Assembly: GCA_963664875.1 (NCBI GenBank)
Contig: OY761611.1
Span: 1,888,001-1,952,000, forward strand
From: Candidatus Kapaibacterium sp.
Lineage (GTDB): Bacteria; Bacteroidota; Ignavibacteria; Kapaibacteriales; UBA2268
Length of the DNA stretch: 64,000 nt
Direction: 5' to 3'
In this document: positions 19,258 to 28,966 of the stretch, one piece after another
Layout: each line of letters starts with the position of its first letter
Position numbering within the stretch: the first letter of the stretch is position 1
Translations under genes and position numbers: made by a program
Notes under the pieces: generated by a model
Told to the model about the DNA's origin: nothing
Databases searched by the model: none
The model's input: only the letters and a program-made list of their open reading frames with translations

Positions 19258-19644
19258 TTAAATATTTACAACGTATATCCAATTTATAATAACAAGTAAG
19301 ATTATTGCTATTGTAATCTTTAAAGGAAATGGTTTTATAAGGGCAGGTAACAAAGTTTCTTTATTTCGAATTATGTCAGTAATAATCCAAAGGGTGGATG
19401 CAATAATAAGAAAGTTAGTTACTAAGCTAAGGGGATTTATGCATAAAGCCTCTTCAAATTGCATTTTTAGCAACAGTAATGTGGCTTCTGTAGTTCCACA
19501 AGCAGGACATTTAAATCCATAAATTGTCCTAAAAGGGCATTTGAACCAGATGTTACTATGCGATAGGTATAGTGGTATCAAATAATAACTAGACAGCACT
19601 ATACCTACGTAAATAATATATAATATTCTTCTTCTAAATGGCAT
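19258..19644 (-). CDS. DUF2752-family membrane protein
   Basis: CPFRTIYGFKCPACGTT motif, A-x-x-x-NP, three TM helices. Confidence 0.8.
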   Translation of the reverse strand: MPFRRRILYIIYVGIVLSSYYLIPLYLSHSNIWFKCPFRTIYGFKCPACGTTEATLLLLKMQFEEALCINPLSLVTNFLIIASTLWIITDIIRNKETLLPALIKPFPLKITIAIILLVIINWIYVVNI

Positions 19645-19972
19645 TTATCATAATCTTCTGGTAATTGACATCTTTTGTCTTACCCATTATGATAAATAAA
19701 TCAATCAGTGCCCAAACTCCTATGCCACCACAAGTAAGCAATTTAGCAACACCCAAGCCAGACTGCCCAAGCATAAATCGATCCACTCCTAATCCTCCAA
19801 GAAATATCGAAACAATCAGCATAGTCGTTGGACTTTTCAACTCTATAGATTGGATAAAGCCAAATTTGTTGTCTTCCAACTTTTCTAACTGATTTCTGAT
19901 TAACATAATTTTCTCTGAAGGAAATTTGTCTTGATTGGCAGACATATACATGTCAATTTTTACTTGTTCCAT
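19634..19972 (-). CDS. TM2 domain membrane protein
   Basis: SIFLGGLGVDRFMLG...KLLTCGGIGVWALIDLF. Confidence 0.9.
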   Translation of the reverse strand: MEQVKIDMYMSANQDKFPSEKIMLIRNQLEKLEDNKFGFIQSIELKSPTTMLIVSIFLGGLGVDRFMLGQSGLGVAKLLTCGGIGVWALIDLFIIMGKTKDVNYQKIMINAI

Positions 19973-20356
19973 TAGAATCTCAATAAGTAGTAATGAAAAT
20001 GTATTTATATGTCAATATAGTTAAAGTTATAGTAATATCAAAGAAAAACATTGCAATGAATCCATTATCTTATATAACATTATCATCTTAAAAGGTTGAC
20101 TTATAGCACTTGTGAAATAATAAATATGTTGAATAACATTAAATAAGTCATTTTTCAAGAGTTCATAATTTCAAAAACAAATTGCGAATATGGCTGTTTT
20201 TGTCAAACTATCAGAATATAATTTTCCAAACCCTCCTAATCATATTTCCAAACGATTGAACATCTCGTCATTTTTTCGAACGTAGTTTGCATAATATTGT
20301 ATAAATTGCTGTCAGTAATTCTTCATATATAGCAATTTTAAATTAGAGGCAATTCA

Positions 20357-22711
20357 ATGTTCTTTTGTTTTTCAAAAACATCCAAATTGTTAGTCTTTCT
20401 TTTAAGTGCGATTCTGTGTTTTTCTATTCCTAAGTTCGCTTTTGGTGCAGATATTTCTGGCACCGTCAAAGAAAAACTTTCGGGGGAATATGTTATCAGT
20501 GCCACGGCCGCTCTCTATAAAGACAGCATCTACAAAGGGGCGAAACCAATAGCGGGTGCATATACTAACAAGTTTGGTTTTTTTTCAATCCCCAACGTTC
20601 CTTCAGGTAAATACAAACTTATTTTTTCAAGAGTTGATAAAAATATTACTTTATTAGATATTGAAATGAAAGATGAAAACATCTCTTTGCAGGTCGAAAT
20701 GTCTGACAAGACTACTCGCACTGAAAAGGTTGTTGTGGAAGCACAAAGAGAGCTAAAATCTACAAAAACTATCAGTACGGTTGAAATCAGCACTGAACTC
20801 GTTAGCAAAATGCCCTCTCTGGGAGGCGAGACTGATATTTTCAGGACTTTGCAACTCCTGCCAGGGGTACAGCAAAATTCCGAGCTTTCAAGCGGCTTAT
20901 ATGTAAGAGGTGGCAGCCCTGATCAAAACCTTACTTTACTGGATGGCGTGATTGTTTACAATCCATCCCACCTTGGCGGCTTTTTGAGCTCATTTAATGC
21001 TGATGCTATCAGAAATATTACTCTAATCAAAGGGGCGTTTCCGGCAGAGTACGGAGGCAGAATTTCATCTGTACTTGATATGAGCATGAAAGAAGGTACA
21101 AAAGAAAAAGTCAGCGGACAGGGCGGAATTAGCATGATAAGTTCCCGTCTGACATTAGAGGGGCCTATATCAGAAAACTCTACTTTTATGATTTCGGGTA
21201 GAAGAATGTATCTTGATTTACTTCTTGCTCTGGGCGATGTGGAAGATGCACCGCAGTATTATTTTTATGATTGGAATGCTAAAACCAATATCCAGTTAGG
21301 CGAAAATGACAGACTTTTTATAAGCGGATATTTTGGAAGCGATGTCTTAAACGCTCCGGAAGATGAGTACGACGATGATGATTTTTCGATAGATTGGGGC
21401 AATAAAACAGCTAATATCAGATGGCTACACATCGCATCTTCGAAGCTGTTTACAAACTTTTCTTTTATTTATACAAATTACAATTTCAAATCTGTATTGG
21501 AAGAAAACAAGAATACTTCTTTCAAAACAGAAAGCGGAATAGAAGATATTATGTTGAAAGCTGATGCAGAGTATTTCCCTACCACTCAACATAAAATTAA
21601 AACAGGAATAGAGGGCATCTATCATCTTTATAAAGTTAATACAATAGAAGGTATAGCCGAAAGTATTGATAAACAGTTTGACAACAGACGTGACATCAAT
21701 TCGACAGATATTGCTTTCTACCTACAAGATGAATGGACCGCAACGAATAATCTGACTACCAACATCGGCCTGAGAGCTAATTACTTCACATCAGGCAGCT
21801 ATTTCAATGTTGAACCAAGACTTTCTGCTACTTATGATTTAGGAGACCAGAACATACTCAAAGCTGCTTTAGCTTGGTGCCATCAGCCAATGCACTTATT
21901 AGTCCGTTCAGAAATTACTTTGCCCACCGATGCATGGATTCCTGTCAGTGATAAAATCAAGCCAGCAGAGTCATGGCAGGCTGTTTTAGGTTACCAAACT
22001 ACATTTGACAATGACCAATACCTCTTTTCAGTAGAAGGCTACTATAAGCACATGGACAATTTGTACGAATATGCCGAGGATACAAAGTTTTGGGATTCCG
22101 ATAAAATTGAAGAACAGTTAGTACAAGGCGGAGGAAAGGCATACGGTTTAGAAGTGTTTCTTAATAGACAGATTGGCGATTTTACAGGTTGGGTGGGTTA
22201 TACATTAGCCTGGACAAAAAGGAAATTTGATGATTTGAATAATGGTGAGGAATTTTCCCCTCGCCACGACAGAAGGCATGACGTTAGTGTCGTCCTAACA
22301 TACAAACTCGGTAAAAAATGGGAACTCGGTTTGTCATGGGTCTATGGGACAGGTCAGGCTTATACTTTGCCAACAGGCAGATACTATACAAACATAGATA
22401 ATTATTACGGTGGTTATTACGGTAACGACAAATACATCTACTCAAAACGAAACGAATACAGAATGCCTGCTTACCACAAATTAGACCTCAACTTTATGTA
22501 CAAATATGAGTGGTTTGGTATTCCTTTCGAATTCTCAATTAATATCTATAATGCCTATAATCACTTAAATCCGTTTGCTGTCTATTTAGATGATGAATGG
22601 GTAAATCCCGGCGTTATTGAAGAGTTACCTAATGGTGGAGTGATTACAAAACTTAAGACAATAACACTATTCCCGATTATTCCAAGCTTTGGCATGAGTT
22701 TCAAATTCTAA
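20357..22711 (+). CDS. TonB-dependent receptor with carboxypeptidase-regulatory-like N-domain
   Basis: TNKFGFFSI, plug LQLLPGV...VRGGSPDQNL.LLDG, PAEYGGRISSV, EPRLS, C-terminal F. Confidence 0.93.
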   Translation: MFFCFSKTSKLLVFLLSAILCFSIPKFAFGADISGTVKEKLSGEYVISATAALYKDSIYKGAKPIAGAYTNKFGFFSIPNVPSGKYKLIFSRVDKNITLLDIEMKDENISLQVEMSDKTTRTEKVVVEAQRELKSTKTISTVEISTELVSKMPSLGGETDIFRTLQLLPGVQQNSELSSGLYVRGGSPDQNLTLLDGVIVYNPSHLGGFLSSFNADAIRNITLIKGAFPAEYGGRISSVLDMSMKEGTKEKVSGQGGISMISSRLTLEGPISENSTFMISGRRMYLDLLLALGDVEDAPQYYFYDWNAKTNIQLGENDRLFISGYFGSDVLNAPEDEYDDDDFSIDWGNKTANIRWLHIASSKLFTNFSFIYTNYNFKSVLEENKNTSFKTESGIEDIMLKADAEYFPTTQHKIKTGIEGIYHLYKVNTIEGIAESIDKQFDNRRDINSTDIAFYLQDEWTATNNLTTNIGLRANYFTSGSYFNVEPRLSATYDLGDQNILKAALAWCHQPMHLLVRSEITLPTDAWIPVSDKIKPAESWQAVLGYQTTFDNDQYLFSVEGYYKHMDNLYEYAEDTKFWDSDKIEEQLVQGGGKAYGLEVFLNRQIGDFTGWVGYTLAWTKRKFDDLNNGEEFSPRHDRRHDVSVVLTYKLGKKWELGLSWVYGTGQAYTLPTGRYYTNIDNYYGGYYGNDKYIYSKRNEYRMPAYHKLDLNFMYKYEWFGIPFEFSINIYNAYNHLNPFAVYLDDEWVNPGVIEELPNGGVITKLKTITLFPIIPSFGMSFKF

Positions 22712-22724
22712 ATAGAGGACAACA

Positions 22725-23534
22725 ATGAAGTATATATATGCAATTTTAGCTCTTTTCATTTTTTCTGCTTGTGAAAAAACCTTAGATGATACAGTAATCC
22801 CTTATGTGGAACAGCTGGTTGTGTTCTCTGTTTTAGAACCGGGGACTCAGGATTTGCAACTTCAAATATCTAAAACAGTTCCGGTGCTGGGTGTAGCTAA
22901 TCCTGAAGACGCCATTATTTCTAATGTTAAAGGCTTCATCACAGACGGTAAAAATACATGGAATGTCGTATATATTTCGGGTGTAAACTATGAAGCTAAA
23001 GGCTTTGAGGGCGTGCCCGGTCAAAGTTACGAATTGTTTTTGGAATGGCAGGGTAAAAAAGTCAATTCTGTAACTACAATACCGAATCCGACTGAAATAT
23101 ATGCAGATAATTATTACTTATTTTATGAGCCCCCAACATGGGAATGGGATGATTACGGCTCTTACTTCCTGATGGGACATTTGACAGGTAGCAGGAATTA
23201 TGTTTATCAAACATACTACGAGAATGACTATTACTCTTACTACGGAGACTATTTTACCCTACAGAGCGGCAGAAGCGTTGTAACCTTAGAGGAGTTTTGG
23301 GATCGCTACGAAAATTTGATACAACGAAAATACGAACTTACTTTATCAATCACTGATATTGCTTATTATGATTACCTTGAAGAACTTAGCGGAAATAATG
23401 ATGATTTTGATTTTTTTAGCATAGGTGGTTTGAATGTTGATTGGAACGTGAAAGGAGAAGGTATCGGTATGTTTGTAGGCAGGAACTATTGGAAAGATAC
23501 CGTTGATTTGGGCGGACTGAAAGTAGTAAATTAG
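22725..23534 (+). CDS. DUF4249-like lipoprotein partner of the TonB receptor
   Basis: Lipobox FSAC, GQSYEL, NVKGEGIGMF, canonical position after the receptor. Confidence 0.75.
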   Translation: MKYIYAILALFIFSACEKTLDDTVIPYVEQLVVFSVLEPGTQDLQLQISKTVPVLGVANPEDAIISNVKGFITDGKNTWNVVYISGVNYEAKGFEGVPGQSYELFLEWQGKKVNSVTTIPNPTEIYADNYYLFYEPPTWEWDDYGSYFLMGHLTGSRNYVYQTYYENDYYSYYGDYFTLQSGRSVVTLEEFWDRYENLIQRKYELTLSITDIAYYDYLEELSGNNDDFDFFSIGGLNVDWNVKGEGIGMFVGRNYWKDTVDLGGLKVVN

Positions 23535-23613
23535 CAGCAGTTTCAAAAAAATAATTTTAACTGCTTCGATTTTGTCCTATTTTGCTATGGTATTTTTCAG
23601 TGAGGTAAAAAAG

Positions 23614-24264
23614 ATGAAATGGAAAAAGTCAATATCTGATATCAGACATGATTACGGTAAATTTAGATTAGATGAAAGCTCCATAAAAAGTGACCCTTTA
23701 GAGCAATTTAAAATATGGTTCGACGAAGCAGTCGAAAGCAAAGAGTTTGTCGATCCAAATGCGGTGGCTCTTGCAACTGTCAATAAAGAAGGAATGCCGG
23801 ATAGCCGCATTGTACTTTTGAAGCAATATACCGAAGACGGTTTTATCTTTTTTACAAACTATGAAAGCCAAAAAGGCAAGGAGCTTTTAGAAAACCCACA
23901 GGCTTCTATGCTGTTTTTTTGGGATAAATACGAAAGACAAATAAGAATAAACGGCACTGTAGCTAAAATTTCAGCCGAAGATTCTGATTTATATTTTCAG
24001 ACCAGACCTTATGCAAGCCGTGTCGGAGCGTGGGCATCAGCTCAGTCCGAAGTGCTCAAAAGTCGTTTTACATTGATGAGAAAAGTGGCTCAGCTTACTT
24101 TGAAGTACAAAACAAATGTACCTCTACCTCCTTTTTGGGGCGGTTATATTTTGAGACCGACTAAGTTCGAATTCTGGCAAGGAAGAGAAAGCCGCCTGCA
24201 CGATCGCTTCCGCTTCCTTTTACAAGAGGATAACAGCTGGCAAATAGATAGACTATCACCATAA
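23614..24264 (+). CDS. pdxH: Pyridoxamine 5'-phosphate oxidase
   Basis: SRIVLLK, FFTNYESQKG, RQIRI, GAWASAQS, PPFWGGY, EFWQGRESRLHDR, RLSP. ATG at 23614 follows GAGGT. Confidence 0.96.
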   Translation: MKWKKSISDIRHDYGKFRLDESSIKSDPLEQFKIWFDEAVESKEFVDPNAVALATVNKEGMPDSRIVLLKQYTEDGFIFFTNYESQKGKELLENPQASMLFFWDKYERQIRINGTVAKISAEDSDLYFQTRPYASRVGAWASAQSEVLKSRFTLMRKVAQLTLKYKTNVPLPPFWGGYILRPTKFEFWQGRESRLHDRFRFLLQEDNSWQIDRLSP

Positions 24265-24273
24265 AAAATTATT

Positions 24274-24310
24274 AAACTCCAAAGACATTGCATCCTTGGA
24301 GTTTTTTTTT
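24274..24310 (+). terminator. Intrinsic terminator after pdxH
   Basis: AAACTCCAA...TTGGAGTTT stem plus long T-run. Confidence 0.75.
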
Positions 24311-24411
24311 GCGTAAGCCTTTAGCAGATAATTTATCCTGTAGAAACTCATTTTTTGAGCTCACAATACTTATAACTACTTTTATTTTCAGAGTAAAATG
24401 TAGAGACTGAC

Positions 24412-24802
24412 CCTTCGACTCACGATATCCGCTCAGGGAGCTGAGCTACCGATTTTTATTCTATAACTCAAGACAGCGAACAACCTCATTTGAGATATTG
24501 AGACTAAACAAAATCATAGGATGTGAAAGAGAAAAAGCGTTCTTTTTTCTTTTTCTTTGGTTTCCGTTTCTTTTTCTTTTTTTCCGCAAAAAAAAAGAAA
24601 AAGAAATGGAAAAACGAACCACCAGTCATTCTCCTAAAATAATCAGATAGTCTCAACTATATCAGAAGTAAGAGTCCTCAAAAATAAAATATTTTTAGTT
24701 GCTTTGATTACTAATCTTGTCGAAATATCGCACAATCCAATCCAAAGAGCTGTGTACCCCAGCCTTCGACTCACTCCATTGGCTCAGGGAGCTGAGCTTC
24801 CG
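24412..24802. repeat. Two direct ~40 bp REP-like copies (24412-24451, 24763-24802)
   Basis: CCTTCGACTCAC-N7-GCTCAGGGAGCTGAGCT-N-CCG at both positions. Confidence 0.7.
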
Positions 24803-24863
24803 CTCCTCTTTATTCCTAAAAAATCATCCTTCTTTAGCCTAATTTCAGATAACAAATCGAATA

Positions 24864-25385
24864 TCATCTGTTGCCTAAAATAAAACTAAGATTAGACGGC
24901 ATTTTTATAAAGCCCGAAAATAAATCTTCTGATTTGGTTTCAAAAACTTTTTGCTTGTAGAGCTTCCTGTATCTCGGAGATTTCAACTTCATATTCAACT
25001 CTTCTCTATCCTGAACATAGCAGCAATAAAGAAAAATAATATACTCATCTCGGATACTTTGCCAGATTTCGGCTCTGTCTTCTATAAGTCTGCAGTAATC
25101 ATATTTATTTTTGTCGCTATATATCTGTGAGGAGACCTCTTCAGAGCTAATATGATTTACTTCAAGTATTTTTATCTCGTCGCTCAGCAGCACATCTTCA
25201 ATCATATCTATAAATGAGAGAAGCTCCACTTCGTAAACAAAAGTCTCTTTACCCATTTTTTCACTGTAAAACAGGTCGTCGATTGTGTTATAGATTTTAA
25301 AATTTACACTGTTGCTTTCAGCTTTTAATACTTGATTTTTTGAAAATCTTTGAGTGCTTGCGTAATATCCGATGACCAATCCCAT
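24864..25385 (-). CDS. Hypothetical protein
   Basis: 173 aa ORF with AAGGAG SD and no recognised motif. Confidence 0.6.
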   Translation of the reverse strand: MGLVIGYYASTQRFSKNQVLKAESNSVNFKIYNTIDDLFYSEKMGKETFVYEVELLSFIDMIEDVLLSDEIKILEVNHISSEEVSSQIYSDKNKYDYCRLIEDRAEIWQSIRDEYIIFLYCCYVQDREELNMKLKSPRYRKLYKQKVFETKSEDLFSGFIKMPSNLSFILGNR

Positions 25386-25435
25386 TTTACTTTCTCCTTT
25401 AGTATAGATAATTGATTTTTCTTCTTATACTAAAA

Positions 25436-25468
25436 TACCTGCACATCTGACACATTATGTCGCAGGTA
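25436..25468 (-). promoter_or_regulatory. Palindromic operator-like site (GACA-N5-TGTC within TACCTGC...GCAGGTA)
   Basis: TACCTGCACATCTGACACATTATGTCGCAGGTA, about 50 bp upstream of the 25385 start. Confidence 0.45.
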
Positions 25469-25670
25469 ATTCGAAAAGTGGGATAATCCGTTAGAATGGT
25501 AAAAAATCTATTGAAACTACTTTCCAACATCTCACTAAATACTTTTATACATGGCACTTAGCAAGTTTATAAAAAATAAAGTCAACTCAAATTATCCGGC
25601 AAAATAAAACAATAACTAAAGCTCTGCTTAAGTAATTATTCTACTCTGCCGGCATTGTACACAATTAGCT

Positions 25671-26216
25671 TTAAGGTTTCCAGATTATATCTTCTCTGCC
25701 GTCGGTTTTGTTAGCATATCTTGCAGCAACAAACAAGAAGTCAGACAGTCTGTTGAGATATTTAACCACAAAATCCCCCAGATTTTCCACTTCTCCAAGC
25801 TCTGTAGCCAAACGCTCAGCACGGCGGCATACTGTCCTTGCCTGATGCAAAAAAGAAGCAGAATGTGAGCCTCCCGGCAAAATAAAGTATTTCAATTTTG
25901 GGAGCTCAGAGTCAAACTTATCTATGAGATTCTCCAATTCTTCAATGTGCTCCGCTCCTATGCGCGGCACTTCAAACTTTGGTTTAGGCTCAAGAGGCGT
26001 AGCGAGGTCAGAACCAAGATTAAAAAGATTGAGACTAAGTTTTTGCAATATCTCAGAAAAATTTTTATTGTTGCAAAACGACAAAGCAATACCAATAATT
26101 GAATTCAATTCGTCCACAGTGCCATATAGATTGACACGGGCGTTATGTTTTTTTACGCGGCTTCCGTTAAATAAGCTTGTTTCGCCTGCGTCTCCGGTTT
26201 TAGTATATATTTTCAT
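25671..26216 (-). CDS. PduO-type ATP:cob(I)alamin adenosyltransferase
   Basis: MKIYTKTGDAGET, YGTVDELNS, FILPGG, ARTVCRRAER, YLNRLSDFLF. Confidence 0.95.
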   Translation of the reverse strand: MKIYTKTGDAGETSLFNGSRVKKHNARVNLYGTVDELNSIIGIALSFCNNKNFSEILQKLSLNLFNLGSDLATPLEPKPKFEVPRIGAEHIEELENLIDKFDSELPKLKYFILPGGSHSASFLHQARTVCRRAERLATELGEVENLGDFVVKYLNRLSDFLFVAARYANKTDGREDIIWKP

Positions 26217-26304
26217 TTTTTATAATAAAATTATTGAATAAGGTTTCAGAACGTTTCCTAATTTAGTAAATTGCAAAGTATTCTAAATAAGTATTGGAAA
26301 AAAA

Positions 26305-27126
26305 ATGTCCGAAAAAATTAGCATTCTTTTTATTGGTGATGTAGTGGGCGACCCAGGCATCAACTCATGCAAAGAATTTATACCTCAACTAAAAGAAAAA
26401 TATAAACCTGACTTTATCATAATTAACGGTGAAAACTCAGCCGGCGGAAAAGGACTTACCAAAACAGAAGCCGATATTTTTTTTGAACTCGGAGCAGATG
26501 TATTGACCACAGGCAATCATGTTTGGGATAACTGGGGCGGCAAACCTCTTTTGTCTTCAAACAATAATGTATTGCGTCCATTAAACTATCCTCCCGGCAA
26601 TGTGGGCAGAGGGTTTACTATTATCGAAAAAGAAGGTAAAAAGCTCGCTGTGCTTCAGCTGCAAGGCAGGACATTTATGAATTCGATAGATTGTCCTTTC
26701 AGAGCAGCAGATGCTGCTTTGAAAACAATCAGTGAGCAAACTAAAAATATTTTTGTTGATTTCCATGCCGATGCTACTGCTGAAAAAATGTCTATGGGCT
26801 GGCATCTGGACGGAAAAGTTTCTGCTATGTGCGGCACTCACACCCATATACAGACTGCCGACGCAAACATACTCCCCAACGGAACAGCTTACATTACAGA
26901 TGTGGGCATGACCGGACCTTATGATTCGGTGGTGGGCATGGATAAAGAAATTGCTTACAAACGCTTCCGTTTTCAGGTAGCCCATAAATATAAATTAGCA
27001 GAAAACGACTCAAAAATTTGCGGTGTAAATATTGTCATAGACAATGAAACAGGCCAAGCTGAAAAAATCGAACCTTTCACTTTGCCAAAGTTCATTCGCT
27101 CTATATATGAGCAGTTAGAAGTATAG
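26305..27126 (+). CDS. ymdB: YmdB-family metallophosphoesterase
   Basis: GDVVG, NGEN, TTGNH, DFHA, GTHTH, TDVGMTGP. Confidence 0.92.
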   Translation: MSEKISILFIGDVVGDPGINSCKEFIPQLKEKYKPDFIIINGENSAGGKGLTKTEADIFFELGADVLTTGNHVWDNWGGKPLLSSNNNVLRPLNYPPGNVGRGFTIIEKEGKKLAVLQLQGRTFMNSIDCPFRAADAALKTISEQTKNIFVDFHADATAEKMSMGWHLDGKVSAMCGTHTHIQTADANILPNGTAYITDVGMTGPYDSVVGMDKEIAYKRFRFQVAHKYKLAENDSKICGVNIVIDNETGQAEKIEPFTLPKFIRSIYEQLEV

Positions 27127-27338
27127 CAGATAATTGTTCATATTTTCGCACCGACTATTTGGCTTAACTTTCTATGCCATTTTGGTGCTAAGTATGCTAA
27201 ACTCCCCAGAGTTTAAAATATGTAGTAATACAGTGTTTATTCTAACAAGGTTATTCTTTGTTTCCTACAATTAAACGAGGGATATTTCTTCTTTCAAGTA
27301 TCTATCAGGCACATTGATCATATAAAATATAAGAGTAG

Positions 27339-28733
27339 ATGATTATGATAAAATTCGGTACAGATGGATGGCGCGGTTTAATTGCCCGCGACTTTACTTT
27401 CGAAAATATTCGCTTTGTTGCTTTGGCTACTGCACGCTATATGCAAAAAAACAGCATGAAAAAGCTTATGATTGGTTACGACACCCGCTTCCTTGGCAAA
27501 GACTTTACTGCCGAAACAGCTATGGTCTTGGCTGAAAACGGCATAGAAGTGCTAATGAGCGAAAAGTTTGCAGCTACTCCGCAGCTTTCTTTCCAAACTC
27601 TGAAAATGGGTTGCGATTTGGGCGTTGTGATTACAGCAAGCCACAACCCAGCGGAATACAACGGATATAAATTAAAAGCTGCTTTCGGCGGTCCGGCTAC
27701 TCCTGAGCAGGTTAAAGAATTGGAAGCAGAACTAAAATCAATATTAGAAGAAAAACCTGAAATACCTTTAAAACCATTTCAAGAATACGTGAATGCCGGC
27801 TCAATCCAATTGATTGATGTCCAGTCTTCTTATCTCGAACATGTCAAATCTAATATTGATTTAGAAGCAATACGAAAAGGTGGCTTTAAAATCCTTTTTG
27901 ACCCAATGCACGGTGCCGGAATAGGAGTACTCAACGAAATATTGCCGGATATCGATCAGGTAAATTCTGATTTGAATCCCGGCTTCGGCAATGTTGACCA
28001 CCCTGAGCCAATCGGCGAATGTTTGAGCGAAACTATGCAGAAAGTAAAGGATGGCCCTTATACAATTGGATTCGCTACAGACGGAGATGCGGACAGACTT
28101 GGAGCTATTGACGAGGATGGTAACTTTGTAGATTCTCACAGAGTATTTATGATTCTAATGAGATATCTTTACGAGCAAAAAGGTCTTCGCGGCGAAGTAG
28201 TTAAAACTGTATCGCTTACTAATATGGTAAATATATACTGCGAAGAAAAAGGAATCACATTACATGAAACACCTGTCGGCTTTAAATACACTGCTGAGCT
28301 TATGGCACAAGGCAAAGTCCTTATTGGTGGCGAAGAGTCAGGCGGTCTTGGTACGAAGCTCCATATCCCGGAAAGAGATGGTGTCTTCAATGGTTTATTG
28401 TTACTGGAAGTAATGGCTAAACGGAATATGACGCTAAAAGAGCTATGCGAAGAGCTTGATAATGATTTTGGCATACATCGCTACGCTCGTCGCGACGTAA
28501 AAGTTACTCAGGAAGTAAAAGACAGAGTGCTTACATCTGCTAAAAATGCTCCGAAAACTCTTGCCGGCTACGAAGTGAAAAGCATTAACACAAAAGACGG
28601 ATTCAAATTTATAGTTGATGGTGGCTGGTTGCTAATTAGAGCTTCCGGAACGGAACCTCTTCTACGCTTCTACTCAGAAGCAAAATCTATTGATATGGTC
28701 AATGAGCTATTGGATGCAGGATTGAATTTGTAA
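27339..28733 (+). CDS. Phosphoglucomutase/phosphomannomutase
   Basis: FGTDGWRG, TASHNP, DGDADR, GGEESGG, IRASGTEP. Confidence 0.94.
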   Translation: MIMIKFGTDGWRGLIARDFTFENIRFVALATARYMQKNSMKKLMIGYDTRFLGKDFTAETAMVLAENGIEVLMSEKFAATPQLSFQTLKMGCDLGVVITASHNPAEYNGYKLKAAFGGPATPEQVKELEAELKSILEEKPEIPLKPFQEYVNAGSIQLIDVQSSYLEHVKSNIDLEAIRKGGFKILFDPMHGAGIGVLNEILPDIDQVNSDLNPGFGNVDHPEPIGECLSETMQKVKDGPYTIGFATDGDADRLGAIDEDGNFVDSHRVFMILMRYLYEQKGLRGEVVKTVSLTNMVNIYCEEKGITLHETPVGFKYTAELMAQGKVLIGGEESGGLGTKLHIPERDGVFNGLLLLEVMAKRNMTLKELCEELDNDFGIHRYARRDVKVTQEVKDRVLTSAKNAPKTLAGYEVKSINTKDGFKFIVDGGWLLIRASGTEPLLRFYSEAKSIDMVNELLDAGLNL

Positions 28734-28754
28734 TATGCTTCTAAACACAGATCG

Positions 28755-28794
28755 AAAAACAGAGCATATTTTCGGATATGCTCTGTTTTTTTTT
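28755..28794 (+). terminator. Intrinsic terminator after PGM/PMM, possibly bidirectional
   Basis: AAAAACAGAGCATAT-TTTCGG-ATATGCTCTGTTTTT. Confidence 0.85.
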
Positions 28795-28966
28795 GATTTG
28801 CCATTAGTAAAATATAAACTGATAACTATCTATTGGTTGCTAAGAAACTGATGCCCTAACATTCAGACATTATAAAGGTTTAGCCGGACTTCCTATTATT
28901 TAATTACTAAACCTTATCTTTCGTTCGACTGAAAAAAAACAAACAGCGGTTCGATCCTAATGCCGC

